A DNA stretch of 64,000 bases, from NCBI RefSeq assembly GCF_004010195.1, contig NC_057719.1:89247204-89311203 (forward strand). The letters are read 5' to 3'. The stretch is from Chiloscyllium plagiosum. Lineage: Eukaryota. The position numbers and the translations under genes are program-made. The notes under the pieces were generated by a model. It saw only the letters and a program-made list of their open reading frames with translations, searched no databases and was not told the DNA's origin. Below, piece after piece: positions 27,031 through 39,800 of the stretch (within the stretch, counting starts at the first letter, position 1; each line of letters opens with the position of its first letter).

Positions 27031-28059
27031 GTGTGTGTTATCAGGTTGGAGTCCACAGAGGGTGTATTAGGGAGGTTTGCAAGAATGATCATCGAGTTTA
27101 GGGGTTACATTCTGAGGACGAATTATACAAATGAGGCCTGTTTCCTCTACAATTGGGAAAGTTAAGGGGTGATCTGATCAAAGTCTTCAAGACATTAACA
27201 GGACGAGACAGGGTAGATCAAGATCAATGATTCCCACTGTTTGGAGATTCTAGAACAAGGGAGCAGACTCTGAGAATGAGAGCCAAAGTGGTCAGGAGAG
27301 ATTTCGGAAGCACTTGGACATTCAAAGGGTGGGGGAAGTTTAGAACTCTCTTCCACAAACAACAGTGGGTGCTGGATCTGTTTAAATCTGAGAGACATGC
27401 ATTTTAGTTAAATGAAGGTATTGTCGGATATGGGCCAAAGGAAGGAATGTGGGATTAGGCTACAGACCAGCCATGATCCCAGAGAATGATGGAACAGCTG
27501 GAGGGGCTGTATGGTATACTCATGTTCCAAAATAAATATTCCGCTACACTGTCCCCACTTTTACAACACTTACAGTAAGGGGTTAGATATGTGGTAAAGG
27601 TGCATTTACTGTATCCCCTTCAAGCACTCCCAGGCCAGGGACAGCACAGGTTGATACAGAGTAAATCTCCTTCTACACTGCCCCCAACAACCACTCCATA
27701 GACAGTTAAAGCATTGGGTTTGATGCAGAGTAAAGCTGCCTTAATGACGTCATAATCAAAAATTGTCAAGTCAGGTACACTGCGACAACAGAGGCCGATT
27801 TAAACACACTCTCGACTATCCCCATGGAACTACTCCAAAAACTGAACACCAAGTTCTTTGTTTGACTCCACCTGTTCTGTTTTGCTTACCTGTTAGATTG
27901 CTGGTTCTAAATGTCCACATGAACAGTTGTCCTAATCCCATGTGCCATACCCTGTTCCCAAACACAGCATCTTGATCCCAAGATAGAGTAACAGGTAGTG
28001 TTACAGATTGAGTTCCTGACAGGAATATTGTCAAGGGGTACAGTTTGGTTCGTTTATTG

Positions 28060-28420
28060 ATTAACCAATGCTGTGAGTACACCGAGTGAGGTACAGACTG
28101 GAATCTCATTGAGGAGTTTGGAGTATTTATAAATAAAATCACAGATACTCAGGGGTGAGATACAGCCTGAAATCTAATCAAAGGATTCAGGGTGGTTTAT
28201 ATATGGAATAACAGATAAATGAATTCAGTTACAGGCTGGAATTTTATTGAGGGGATTGAGGTGTTTATTCATAGAATAACAGAGGGGATTGGGGTACGTT
28301 AAGTATAGAATAACTGACATTCCAGAGCAAGTTACAGACTGGAATTGATCAAGGTGGTCACGATGCTTGACTCATAGAATACCAGATCCCATAGAGTGAA
28401 TTATAGAATTTTTTATATAT
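28060..28420 (-). repeat. Inverted copies of the 70-bp minisatellite
   Basis: Repeated ttacagactggaat motif. Confidence 0.75.
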
Positions 28421-28469
28421 AGAATCTCTACAGTGTGGAAACAGGCGCTTTGGCCCAACAAGTCCCTAG

Positions 28470-31400
28470 TTACCCTTTTGCCCTTAATGTATTTATAAAA
28501 TCTCTTTGGATTTTCCTTAACCCTATTTGCCAAAGCTATCTCATGTCCCCTTTTTGCCCTCCTGATTTCCCTCTTAAGTATACTCCCATTGCCATTATAC
28601 TTTTCTAAGGATTCACTCGATTCTGCTGTCTATACCTGACATATGCTTCCTTCTTTTTCTTAACCAAAATCTAAATTTCTCTAGTCACCAAGCAATCCAT
28701 ACACCTACCAGCATTGCCTTTCACCCTTACAGAAATATGCTGTCTCTGGACTTGCATGATCTCACTGTTGAAGTCTTCCCCTTTTCCAGCCATCCCTTTA
28801 CCTGCGAACATCTGCCCCCAGTCAACCCTTCTGCCTTGGGACCCTCCAACAAATCCTAGCCACACAATAATTGGAGGAAGAGCACCTCATCTTCTGCCTT
28901 GGTACCCTCCAACCACCCTCAACAAATGTTGATTTCACTAGTCTCCTCATCTCCCCTCCCCTGATCTTATCCCAGATCTTACCCTCAAAATCTCTCTTGA
29001 ACTATCCTATCTGCTCCACCCTCCACCCCGACCTATCACTTTCATCCCACCTTCATCCACCTATCGCATTTCTAACTACCTCCCCACTAGCCCCACCACC
29101 TTCCCATTTATCTCTCAGCTCCCTTGCCACCCTCTTCCACATTCTTGATGAAGAATTTATGCTTAAAACTTTGACTCTCCTGCTCTTCAGATTCTGCCTG
29201 ACCGGCTGTGCTTTTCTATCACCTTTTGACTCTGATCTCCACTATCTGCAGTCCTCACTTTTTCCTTTTGAAAGTTCTTGCCTTGTACCATCAAAATTGG
29301 CCTTTATCCAATTTAGAACTTCAACTTTTAGATCCAGTCTATCCATTTTTCATCACTATTTTAAAACTAATAGAATTACGGTCGCTGGCCCCACTGACAC
29401 CTCAGTCACTTGTCCTGCCTTATTTCCCAAGAGTAGGTCACGTTTTGCACATCACAGCACATTCTCCAATAGGTACATCCATATACTGAACCAGAAAGTG
29501 TTCTTGTACACACTTGACAAATTCCTCTCCATCCTCCCTTAACAGTCCCAGCCTATGTTTGGAAAGTTGAAATCACCTGGATTTTAAAAGGTGATCATCC
29601 CTTTCTTATTTCTTAGTTCCACCCAAATAATTTCCCAGGAATATCCTCCCTAATTACAACCATAATGTTATCTCTTACCAAAAAGGCCACACCCCTCCTC
29701 TCTTGCCCCCCTTTCACCCTTTGTATTAAGCCGCCAGCCCTGTCCATCCCTGAGCCAAGTCTCTGTATTTGCTATGATATCCCAGTCCCATGCTCCTAAC
29801 TTTGCCCTGAGTTCATCTGCCTTCCCTGTTAGGCTTCTTGCATTGAAATAAATGCAGTTTATCAATTCTGCCTCATTCTCTGCGTTGTCCCTGTGTGCCC
29901 TATTTGACTCGCTCCTTTTCCCAACTGTACCAGTTTCAGATTGATCTTTTTTCTCACCATCTCCCTGAGCCCCATCACCACGCCCCCCCAACCACCCTCT
30001 CCCCCTCCCCTCCCCCTCCCACTACCGCCCTCCCTTCCTATTTTAAATCCTCCTGAGCAGCTCTAGCAAATCTCCCCACCAGTATATTAGTCACCTTCCA
30101 ATTCAGGTGCAATCTGACCTTCTTGTACAGGTCACCTCTACCCCAGAAGAGATTCCAGTGATCCAAAAACGTGAAGCCTTGTCCCCTGCACCAGCTCCTC
30201 AGCCAAGCATTCATCTGCTGTATCCTCCTATTCCTATCCTCACTGCCACCAGGAGTAATCCAGATATTACTACCCTCAAGGACCTCCTTTTTAAATCCCT
30301 GCAGATCATTCTATATTCTCCCTTCAGAATCTCATCCTTTTCCCTTCCTATGTCATTAGTTCCAATGTGTACAGCGACCTCCTGCTGGTCCCTCTCCCCC
30401 ATTGAGAACATTCTGCACCCTCTCTGAGATATCCTTGATCCTGGCACCAGGGAGGCAACACACCATTCTGATTTCTCGCTGCTGGCTGCAGAAATGTCTA
30501 TCTGTGCCTCTGACTGGAAAGCCCCCATCACAATCAATCGCTTGGAACCTGATATACCCTTCCTTATATTAGAGCCATTCTCATTACCAGAAAGTTGGCT
30601 GTTCATGCTACATTCTCCTGAGAGTCCATCACCATCTCCACCCCTCCCCATTTTCCAAAATAGCGTACTTGTTTGAGATGAGGATAGCCTCAGGAGACTC
30701 TTGCACTACCTGCCCCCCTCTCATACCTTTTAGATTAGATTAGATTAGATTACTTACAATGTGGAAACAGGCCCTTCGGCCCAACAAGTCCACACCGACC
30801 CGCTGAAGCGTACCCACCCAGACCCATTCCCCTACATACACCCCTGCACCTAACACTACGGGCAATTTAGCATGGCCAATTCACCTAACCTGCACATCTT
30901 TGGACTGTGGGAGGAAACCAGAGCACCCGGAGGAAACCCACGCAGACACGGGGAGAATGTGCAAACTCCACACAGTCAGTCGCCTGAGGCGGGAATTGAA
31001 CCCAGGTCTCTGGCGCTGTGAGGCAGCAGTGCTAACAACTGTGCCACCGTGCCGCCCTGGAGGTAACCCATCTACCTGACTGTATCTCTGTCTACCTTCC
31101 TATAACTGCTATCCATCACACTCCCGGCTCCTCTAACTTCCTTATTGCCTCTAAATGCCACTCTATCCAATCCATGCGATCTGATACGATTTGCAACCAA
31201 ACACACTTACTGCAGACATAATCATCAGTAACATGGAAATTCTGTAATCCGATAGAAAGAACACATCACTCTACTAAAGACCATCTTTGCTCCTTAACAA
31301 TCTACAGACCCAGAAAATAACACAATAGCATATTGTTCTAAAAAGCACTGCTGCAGGCTAACATAGCATTTATGTTTTATTTTTTTAAAATTTAATCAAG

Positions 31401-31590
31401 AGTCAGATTTTAATAAAATATGTAATCAAAAAGAATGCACTCTCCTCACTATTGCAGATATATAACAAGGTTACACTTAAAAACTATACACTCAGCTTCT
31501 CCCATGCTGTGAGCTCTCCAACACAGGTTCCTCCAAGGTCAGCTGTGAATTTTGCTGTTTGTTAATTTTTCCAAGATGCATTCCGATGTC
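28470..31590 (-). mobile_element. CR1 LINE 5' half (5' UTR, ORF1 esterase, endonuclease) with nested Penelope piece (28825-29260) and HE1 (30731-31056)
   Basis: VAVHIGTNDIG (SGNH esterase); YFNARSLTGKADELR...TETWL (APE endonuclease). Confidence 0.85.
30731..31056 (-). mobile_element. Full-length young HE1 SINE
   Basis: ggcggcacggtggcacag head, B box ggttcaattcc, (tctaa)n tail. Confidence 0.92.
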
Positions 31591-31604
31591 CTTGTGAATA
31601 TTGT

Positions 31605-31865
31605 GGAGAATGGCAGCCCCTGTGTACTTTACAGAGAACAAATGTCCCTGTATGTATTACAGAAAACAGAGTATTGTGTCATGCAGAGAAGAGCAATTCC
31701 TTTGTATTTTGCACAGAACAGCAGTTCCTGAGTACATTATAGGGTACAGCAGTTGATGTGTATATTGTAGAGAACAGCAGGCTCTGTGATATTGTATTGG
31801 ACCCTCTGTCTATGATAGAGAATGGCAGGCCCTGCTACATCACAGAGAAAAGCAATCCCCGTCTA
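31605..31865. repeat. Degenerate ~30-bp minisatellite (acagagaacagcagtccctgtgta...)
   Basis: Recurrent gagaa(c/t)(a/g)gca motif. Confidence 0.5.
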
Positions 31866-31879
31866 GTTTATATCTCAAG

Positions 31880-34140
31880 CAGAGATATTTGTGTTACTGA
31901 TAGCCACAGATGAGGTGCTGGAAGTCTGGAGGGTGGTTAATATTGTAACATTATTTAAGAAAAGGCTGCAAGGAAAAGCCAGTGAACTACAGACCGGTGA
32001 GCCTGACGTCAGTGGTGGTAGGAGTTTGCAAGGATTCCTAAGAGACAGGATTCACATAAATTTGGAAAGGCAAGGGCTGATTAGGGACAGTTAGCATGGT
32101 TTTGTGTGTGGCAAATCATGTCTCTCAATTTTGCATGATTTTATTAAAAAGGTGACAAAGAAGCTAGATGATGGTAGAGCGGTAGATGTTAGCAAGGCCT
32201 TTGACAAGGATCTATATGGTAGACTGGTTAGTAAGGTTAGATCACATGTGATCCTGGGAGACCTAGTCAATTTGATACAAAATTGGCTGTATGGTAGGAG
32301 ACAGAGGGTGGCAGTTGAGGGTTGTTGTTCAGACTAAAGGCCAGCATGTCACGATATTCAGTGCTGGGTCCACTGTTGTTCATCATTTACATCAACGATT
32401 TGGGTGAGAATATAGTGAGCATGGTTTGTGGATGACACCACAATTGGTGGTACAGTGGAAGAAGGTTATCTAAGTACAACAGGATCTTCATCAACTGGGC
32501 AGTCAGTGGGCCAAAGAGTAGCAGTTGGAGTTTAATTTAGATAAATGATAGGTGCTGCATTTCAGTAAGGCAACTCAGGACAGGACTTAGATACTGAATG
32601 GTTGTGTCCCTGGAAAGTGTTGCTGAACAAAGAGGTGCAGGTTCATAATTCCTTGAAAGTGGAGTCATAGGTAGACAGGGCAATCTAATTTAGATAAATG
32701 TGAAGTTATTCACTTTGGAAGCAAAAAAACAAGAAGGCAGATTATTACCTGAATTGCTGTAAATTCGGACAAGAGTAAGTGCATTTTGACTGGGTTGTCC
32801 TTGTCCACCAGTTGGTGAAGGCAAGTATGCAGGTGCAGCAGAATGTAAAGAAGGCAGATGGTACATTTCCTTCATTGCAAATACAGGAGCAGGGATACAA
32901 AGTCACACAACACCAGGTTATAGTCCAACAGGTTGATTTGGAAGCACTAGCTTTTGGAGCTCCTGCATCAGGTGGTTGTGGAGTATAAGATCGTACGACA
33001 CAGAATTTATAGCAAAGGTTTACAGTATGGTGGAACTGAAATTATATATTGAAAAAAACCTGGATTGTTTGTTAAATCTCTCATCTTTTAGAATGAACAT
33101 GTCAGTTTCAGTTCTTTCATATGTAAATTGCAGAACATTTAGAAGTTACATTCTCAAGTGAATTTTAACAAATGGTGTCATGTCGGCCCAGATAATGCAT
33201 TGAAGGTGTGAGGTGCCCTGTGTGAGACTGTCTATGCCACAATGTTCAGACTAATTCTATTCTAAAAAATGGATTTACAGAATCTTACATGGATTCTTCA
33301 CCCAAAGAGTGGTGAGTCTGTAGAATTCTTTACCACAGGAATTAGTTGATGCCAGAACATTGAATGTAATCAAGAGGCGGCTAGACATAGCACCTGAGGT
33401 GAATGTGATCAAAGGTTATGGAGAGAAGGCAGGGTTAGGCTATTGAGTTGGACGATCAGCCGTAATTGTGATAGTGGTGGCTTGAAAGGGCAAATGGCTT
33501 CCTCCTGCTCCTTTGGTCTGTGTTTCTATGAAGAAGGCATTTGGTACACTTGCCTTGACTGGTCACTGCATTGAGTATAGGAGTCGGGATGCCATATTGC
33601 GGTTTTGTAAGGTCACATTTAGAATACTGTGTACAATTCTGGTTACCCTGCTATACGTAGGATGTTATCAAGCTGGAAAGTGTCCAAAACAGATTTACCG
33701 AGACTGGACAATTTGACTTGTAAGAAGAGGTTGGATATGCTGGGATTTTATTCCCAGGATCATAGGAGTGCTGAGGGGTGACCTTATATTAGTTTAAAAA
33801 ATCATGAGGGGCATGGATAAGGTGAATAGCAAAGGTCTTCCAGCAGTGTAGTCGAAAACCAGAGGGCATAGACTTTAGGTGAGAGGATAAATATTTAAAA
33901 GGGTCTCAACAGCAGTGTTTTTACGCAGAGGGTGATTTCTCTTTGGAATAAAGTGCCAGAGGATGAGGTGGATGTAGCTACAGTAACAACATCTAAAAGA
34001 CATTTGGATAGGTACATGAATAGGAAAGGTTTAGAGGAATATAGGCCAAATGCAGGCAAATAGGAGTAGGTTAGTTTGGGAAACCTGGTCAGCATGGATA
34101 AGTTGGGCAGAAGGGTCTGTTTCTATGCTATATGACTCTA
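31880..34140 (+). mobile_element. CR1 with nested CR1 and Penelope pLTR (32900-33295, minus)
   Basis: RT motifs in ORFs 31891 and 32104; gactctat tail at ~34135. Confidence 0.75.
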
Positions 34141-34149
34141 TAAGATGTT

Positions 34150-34930
34150 TGATAGCACTGTTGATGACTCCTTCTATCACTTTACTGATTATTCAGGAAG
34201 ACTGATGGGGCAGTAAAAGGCCAGGTTGGATTTGTCCTGCTTTTCATGTACAGGACATACCTAGGCAATTTTTCACATTGTCAGATAGATGTCACTTTTG
34301 TAAGTGTACTGCAATAGCTTGGCTCGGTGTGCAGCAAGTTCTGGAACACATGTCTTCAGTTACATTGCTGGAACGTTTTCAGGCCCATAGCCTGTGCAGT
34401 ATCCAGTGCCTCCACCTGTTTCTTGATATCAGAGGGAGTAAATGGAATTGGCTGAAGACTGGCATCTGTGATGCTGGGGAACACTGGAGGAGGCCAAGAT
34501 GGATTACCCACTTGGTACCTCTGACATTGAAATCCCCCACCAAAGTATATCTTGTTCCCTTGCCATCTTCAATGCTTCCTCCAATTGTTATTCCTCCAAG
34601 GGTGGATGGTACATGGTAATCAGCAGGAGGTTTCCTTGCCCATGTTTAACCTAAAGCCATGAGGCTTCATGCGGTCAGGAAGTCAACGTTGAGGATATCC
34701 AACTCTGCCTCCAACTCTGCTGGGTCCGTCTTGTCAGTGGACAGGATGCTGATGTTGCTGTCCCCAACATAGCCTGTAAGGTATGATTCCGTGAGTATGA
34801 TTAGGTCAGGTTGTTGGTTGACTAGTCTGTGAGACAGCTCTCCCAATGGTGGCATTAACCCCAGGATATTAATAAGGAGGACTTTGCAGGGTTGACAGGG
34901 CTGTTTCTGCCAGGTGATCCATCTGGTTTC
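34150..34930 (-). mobile_element. Old non-LTR LINE fragment (CR1/L2 group), endonuclease plus pre-RT
   Basis: ELSHRLVNQQPDLIILTESYL; DKSNLAFYCPISL-like block. Confidence 0.55.
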
Positions 34931-34974
34931 ATTCCTTTGTTGAGTCTTTGTAGTGATTGTTACAACTTGCTACT

Positions 34975-35246
34975 ATTTAAAGGCATTTAACAGTCAACCA
35001 GATTGCTGTGGGTCTGCAGTCACATGTAGTCAGACCAGGTAATGATGGCAGATTTCCTTCCTTGAAGGACATTAACGAGGGAGATGGAATTTTTCCCAAT
35101 GAAACCATCAGGAATTCTTAATTCCAGATATTTTTATTGATTTCAGTTTCCACCATCTGCCATGGTTGGATTCGAACCTGGATCCCTGAAACATCAGCTC
35201 GGTTTGTGGATTAATAGCTTTGTGGTAATACAACGAGGCCATTGCC
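34975..35246 (-). mobile_element. tRNA-derived SINE, non-HE1 family
   Basis: Minus strand perfect B box GGTTCGAATCC and A-box-like tggcctcgttg; body shared with 55270-55325. Confidence 0.65.
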
Positions 35247-35719
35247 TACCTGAGGTGAGGCAGCAACTGTGCAGAAAGGAAATTGTGATGAGGACATGGA
35301 CTGTATATAATTGTACCATCTTCTCTGCTCATCAATCATTGAGACAGATTTAGGTATAAGCTCTGTGCCATTCTCATCCCCGACCACACCAGTTATTCTG
35401 CTTTAGACACTCACACATCCTTGCAGCCTCACCCCAGTCTTTCACTTCCCACATTCTGGCATCACACCCTGCTTTTACTCCAACATCATTTTGTCATTAT
35501 GTTCTAAGATATGTTGACACATCTGACGTTTCTTGGGTCCCATAGGGTTCCCTGGTGGGAGAAAAAAGACTCCCATGGCTACAAACACCAATAAGGACAT
35601 ATGGGGCTGAATGGCCTCTTTCTGTACCTCATGTCGTTGATCTTCTCAACTTTGATTCCTGTTGCTCCCTGCCTTGGTAACCTCTCCATGTCTTTACGTG
35701 GGGTCATATAGACTTGCAT

Positions 35720-36260
35720 CATTGATCTAACATTGTACAGGGTTTTGATGAGACTACACCTGGAGTACTTTGTGTTGTTTTGGTCTCCTTGTCTGAGGAA
35801 GGATGTTCTAGCTATGGAGGGAGTACAATGAAGTTTGGTTTGGAAGCTCTGATATATAGAGATTAGATCGGTTAGGACCACACTCACAGGAGTTTAGAAG
35901 AAAGAGGAGAGGTCTCAGAGAAACCGATAAAATTTTAACAGGACCAGACAGAACTAGACATTAGGAAGAAAGTTCCCAATCACCAGAGAGTCCAGAGCCA
36001 GAGGTCACGGTTGAAAAATATGGGGCAGGCCATTTAGGATTGAGGTGAGGTGAAATTTCTCAGAGAGAGGTGAACCTGCGGAATTCTCTGCTACAGTAAA
36101 CAATCGAGGCAAAACATTGAATGTTTTCAAGAATAATTTCAACATGCTTCTTAGGGCTAAAGGGATCAAAGGAGAGAAAATGGGAACAGGTTATTCAGTT
36201 GGATGATCAGCCGTGATCAAAACGAACAGCGATGCAGGCTGAATGGCCTATCTCTATGTT
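35720..36260 (+). mobile_element. CR1 3' end
   Basis: RLHLEYFVLFWSP...RKDVLAMEGVQ. Confidence 0.75.
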
Positions 36261-36283
36261 CTCCTCTCTGCCCCTGTTTTCAG

Positions 36284-36733
36284 GCACCACACTCTCTGGA
36301 GAGTTGATGATTAGATTCCCAACAGTATGGAAACAGGCCCTTCAGCCTAACAAGTCCACATCGACCCTCTGAAGACTAACCCACCTAGACCCATACCCTC
36401 ACCCTATATTTACCCCTGACTAATGCACCTAACACGATGAGCAATTTGGCACAGCCGATTCACCTGGCTTGCACAACTTTGGATTGTGGGAGGAAACCGG
36501 AGCACCCAGAGGAAACCCACACAGACACAGGGAGAATGTACATGTACACAGATAGTTGCCTCAGGCAGGAACCAAACCCAGGTCCTTGGCGCTGTGAGGC
36601 AGCAGTGCGGATAGGTTACAAATCATCAAAAGCAGGCTGAACATAACTCTGCACAGCAGACAGCCCCTCAATGAGTACCTCTCCCAAATAACTGAGCAGA
36701 TGAGTTTGGAAGGCTACAACTCAAAGGACAACG
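36284..36733 (+). pseudogene. CDK17-like: First coding exon of a PCTAIRE-family kinase (CDK16/17/18), interrupted at the ATG by an HE1 SINE
   Basis: Acceptor cccctgttttcag| ends at 36283 and ATG is at 36307-36309. After the SINE, 36610-36733 reads DRLQIIKSRLNITLHSRQPLNEYLSQITEQMSLEGYNSKDN+G|gtgagc. This is gap-free colinear with my recollection of the CDK17 N-terminus ((MDR)MKKFKRRLSLTLRGSQTIDESLSELAEQMTIEENSSKDN-E), with a phase-1 donor after SKDN. Confidence 0.8.
36310..36608 (-). mobile_element. HE1 SINE (slightly 5'-truncated) inserted at the kinase start codon
   Basis: HE1 consensus; flanks are ...ttgATG and GGATAGG... Confidence 0.9.
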
Positions 36734-36859
36734 GTGAGCAGTCAATCCTTCCCTGTGATGCAGAATGGAAATACAGGCCTCTTGCTTTGATCTTTGTGCT
36801 GACTCTCAGCTTTAATCAGTAACAGGTTAAAGGCATGTGAAGTTGAGGGTGAGATGAGA

Positions 36860-39800
36860 TTTTCAAGAAGGGTGGTGAAAATAAACCAGGGAATTACAGA
36901 CATGGGAATTACATCAGTAGAAACTATTGGAGAAAATTCTGAGGGAGATAACTAATCTCCATTTAGTGAGGCAAGATTTGATCAGGACTACTCAGCATGA
37001 CTTTGTCAGAGGGAGGGCATGCAGAACAAATCTGATGGAAGTTTTTGGGGAGATAACCCATTGGCCCATCTGGTCCAGATCCTTCTTCGCTGTCCGCTAC
37101 ACCTCCAATTTTGGTGTCATCTACAAACATACTACTGTATCTCTTACGCTCGCATCCAAATCATTTATGTAAATGACGAAAAGAAGTAGACCCATCACCG
37201 ATCCTTGTGGCACTCCACTGGTCACAGGCCTCCAGTCTGAAAAACAACCTTCCACCACCACCCTCTGTCTTCTACCTTTGAGCCAGTTCTGTATCCAAAT
37301 GGCTAGTTCTCCCTGTATTTCCNNNNNNNNNNNNNNNNNNNNNNNNNNNNNNNNTCTTTACCGCCCTTCTTAAACAGTGGCACCACGTTAGCCAACCTCC
37401 AGTCTTCCGGCACCTCACCTGTGACTATCGATGATACAAATATCTCAGCAAGAGGCCCAGCAATCACTTCTCTAGCTTCCCACAGAGTTCTCGGGTACAT
37501 CTGATCAGGTCCTGGGGATTTATTCACCTTTAACTGTTTCAAGAAATCCAGCACTTCCTCCTCTGTAATCTGGACATTTTGCAAGATGTCACCATCTATT
37601 TCCCTACAGTCTATATCTTCCATGTCCTTTTTCACAGTCAATACTGATGCAAAATATTCATTTAGTATCTTCCCCATTTTCAGTGGCTCCACACAAAGGC
37701 TGCCTTGCTGATCTTTGAGGGGCCCTATTCTCTCCCTACTTACCCTTTTGTCCTTAATATATTTGTAAAAACCCTTTGGATTCTCCTTAACTCTATTTGC
37801 CCGTTTTGCCCTCCTGATTTCCCTCTTAAGTATACTCCTACTTCTAAGGATTCACTCGATCTATCCTGTCTATACCTGACATATGCTTCCTTCTTTTTCT
37901 TAACCAAACCCTCAATTTCTTCTCGATCTATCCTGTCTATACCTGACATGCTTCCTTCTTTTTCATAACCAAACCCTCAATTTCTTTAGGCATCCAGCAT
38001 TCCGTATACCTACCAGCCTTCCCTTTCACCATGACAGGAATATACTTTCTCTGGATTCTTGTTATCTCATTTCTGAAGGCTTCCCACTTTCCAGCCATCC
38101 CTTTACCTGAGAACACCTGCTTCCAATCAGCTTTCGAAAGTTCTTGCCTAATATCGTCAAAATTGGCCTTTCTCCAGTTTAGAACTTCAACTTTTAGATC
38201 TGGTCTATCCTTTTCCATCACTATTTTAAAACGAATAGAATTATGGTTACTGGCCCCAAAGTGCTCCTCCACTGACACCTCAGTCACCTGCCCTGCCTTG
38301 TATCCTACACTATTCCATTTTCGTCCATATGTTTATCCAATGCCCATTTAAATGCCCTTGAAGTTGGCGAGTTTACTACTGTTACAGGCAGCATGTTCCA
38401 CTCCCCTACTACTCTGAGTAAAGAAACTACCTCTGACATCTGTCCTATATCTATGCCCCCTCGTGCTAGCCATCACCATCTGAGGAAAAAGGCTCTCACT
38501 GTCCACCCTATCTAATTCTCTGATTCTCTTATATGTCTCAATTACATTACCTCTCATCCTTCTTCTTCCTAATGAAAACATCCTCAAGTCCCTCAGCCTT
38601 TTCTCGTAAGACATTCCCTCCATACCAGGCAACATCCTAGTAAATCTCCTCTGAACCCATTCCAAAACTTCCACATCTTTCCTATAATGCAGTGACCAGA
38701 ACTGTACACAATACTCCAAGTGCGGCCGCACCAGAGATTTGTACAGCTGCAACATGACCTCGTGGCTCTGAAACTCAATCCCTCAACCAATAAAAGCTAA
38801 CACACCGTATGCCTTCTTAAGGCTCGGACCAGATTTGTCCTCGGCTGCTTTGGGAAACGAGAAATCTTGGAGTGCCGTTACTAGCGGTGTTCCGCAAGGA
38901 TCTGTTTTGGACCATTGCTGTTTGTCATTTTTATAAATGACTTGGAGGAGGGGCTAGATGGTTGAGTGAGCAAGTTTGCGGATGATATGAAAGTCGGAGG
39001 AGTTGTTGACAGTGAGGAAGAATGTGGCAGGTTACAGCGGGATATAGATAAGCTGCAGAACTGGGCAGAAAGGTGGCAAATGGAGTTCAATGTAGCTAAG
39101 TGTGAGGTGATTCACTTTGGTAAGAGTAACAAAAAGATGGGGTACTGGTCGGATACTTGGTAGTGTGGATGAGCAGAGGGATCTTGGTGTCCATGTACAC
39201 AGATCTTTGAAAGTTGCCACCCAGGTAAATAGTGCGGTGAAGAAGGCATATGGCGTACTGGCTTTTATTGGCAGAGGAATTGAGTTCCGGAGTCCTGAGA
39301 TTATGTTGCAGTTGTATAAGACTCTGGTGCGGCTGCATCTAGAGTATTGTGTGCAGTTTTGGTCGCCATACTATAGGAAGGATGTGGAGGCACTGGAACG
39401 TCTGGTAATGTAGGAAGATCGTATGAGGAAAGGCTGAGGCACTTGGGGTTTTTTCATTGGAGAAAAGAAGGTTTAGGGGTGACTTGATAGAGGTGTATAA
39501 GATGATTAGGGGTTTAGATAGGGTTGACCGTGAGAACCTTTTTCCACGTATGGAGTCAGCTATTACGAGGGGGCATAGCTTTAAATTAAGAGGTGGTAGG
39601 TATAGGACAGATGTTAGGGGTAGGTTCTTTACTCAGCGAGTCGTGAGTTCATGGAATGCACTGCCAGTAGCAGTGGTGGACTGCTTTATGGGCATTTAAG
39701 CGGGCATTGGATAGGCATATGGAGGATAATGGGCTAGTGTAGGTTAGGTGGGCTTGGATCGGCGCAACATCGAGGGCCAAAGTGCCTGTACTGCGCTGTA

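Noticed and set aside
30985..31056. tRNA gene
   Set aside because: It is the tRNA-derived head of an HE1 SINE.
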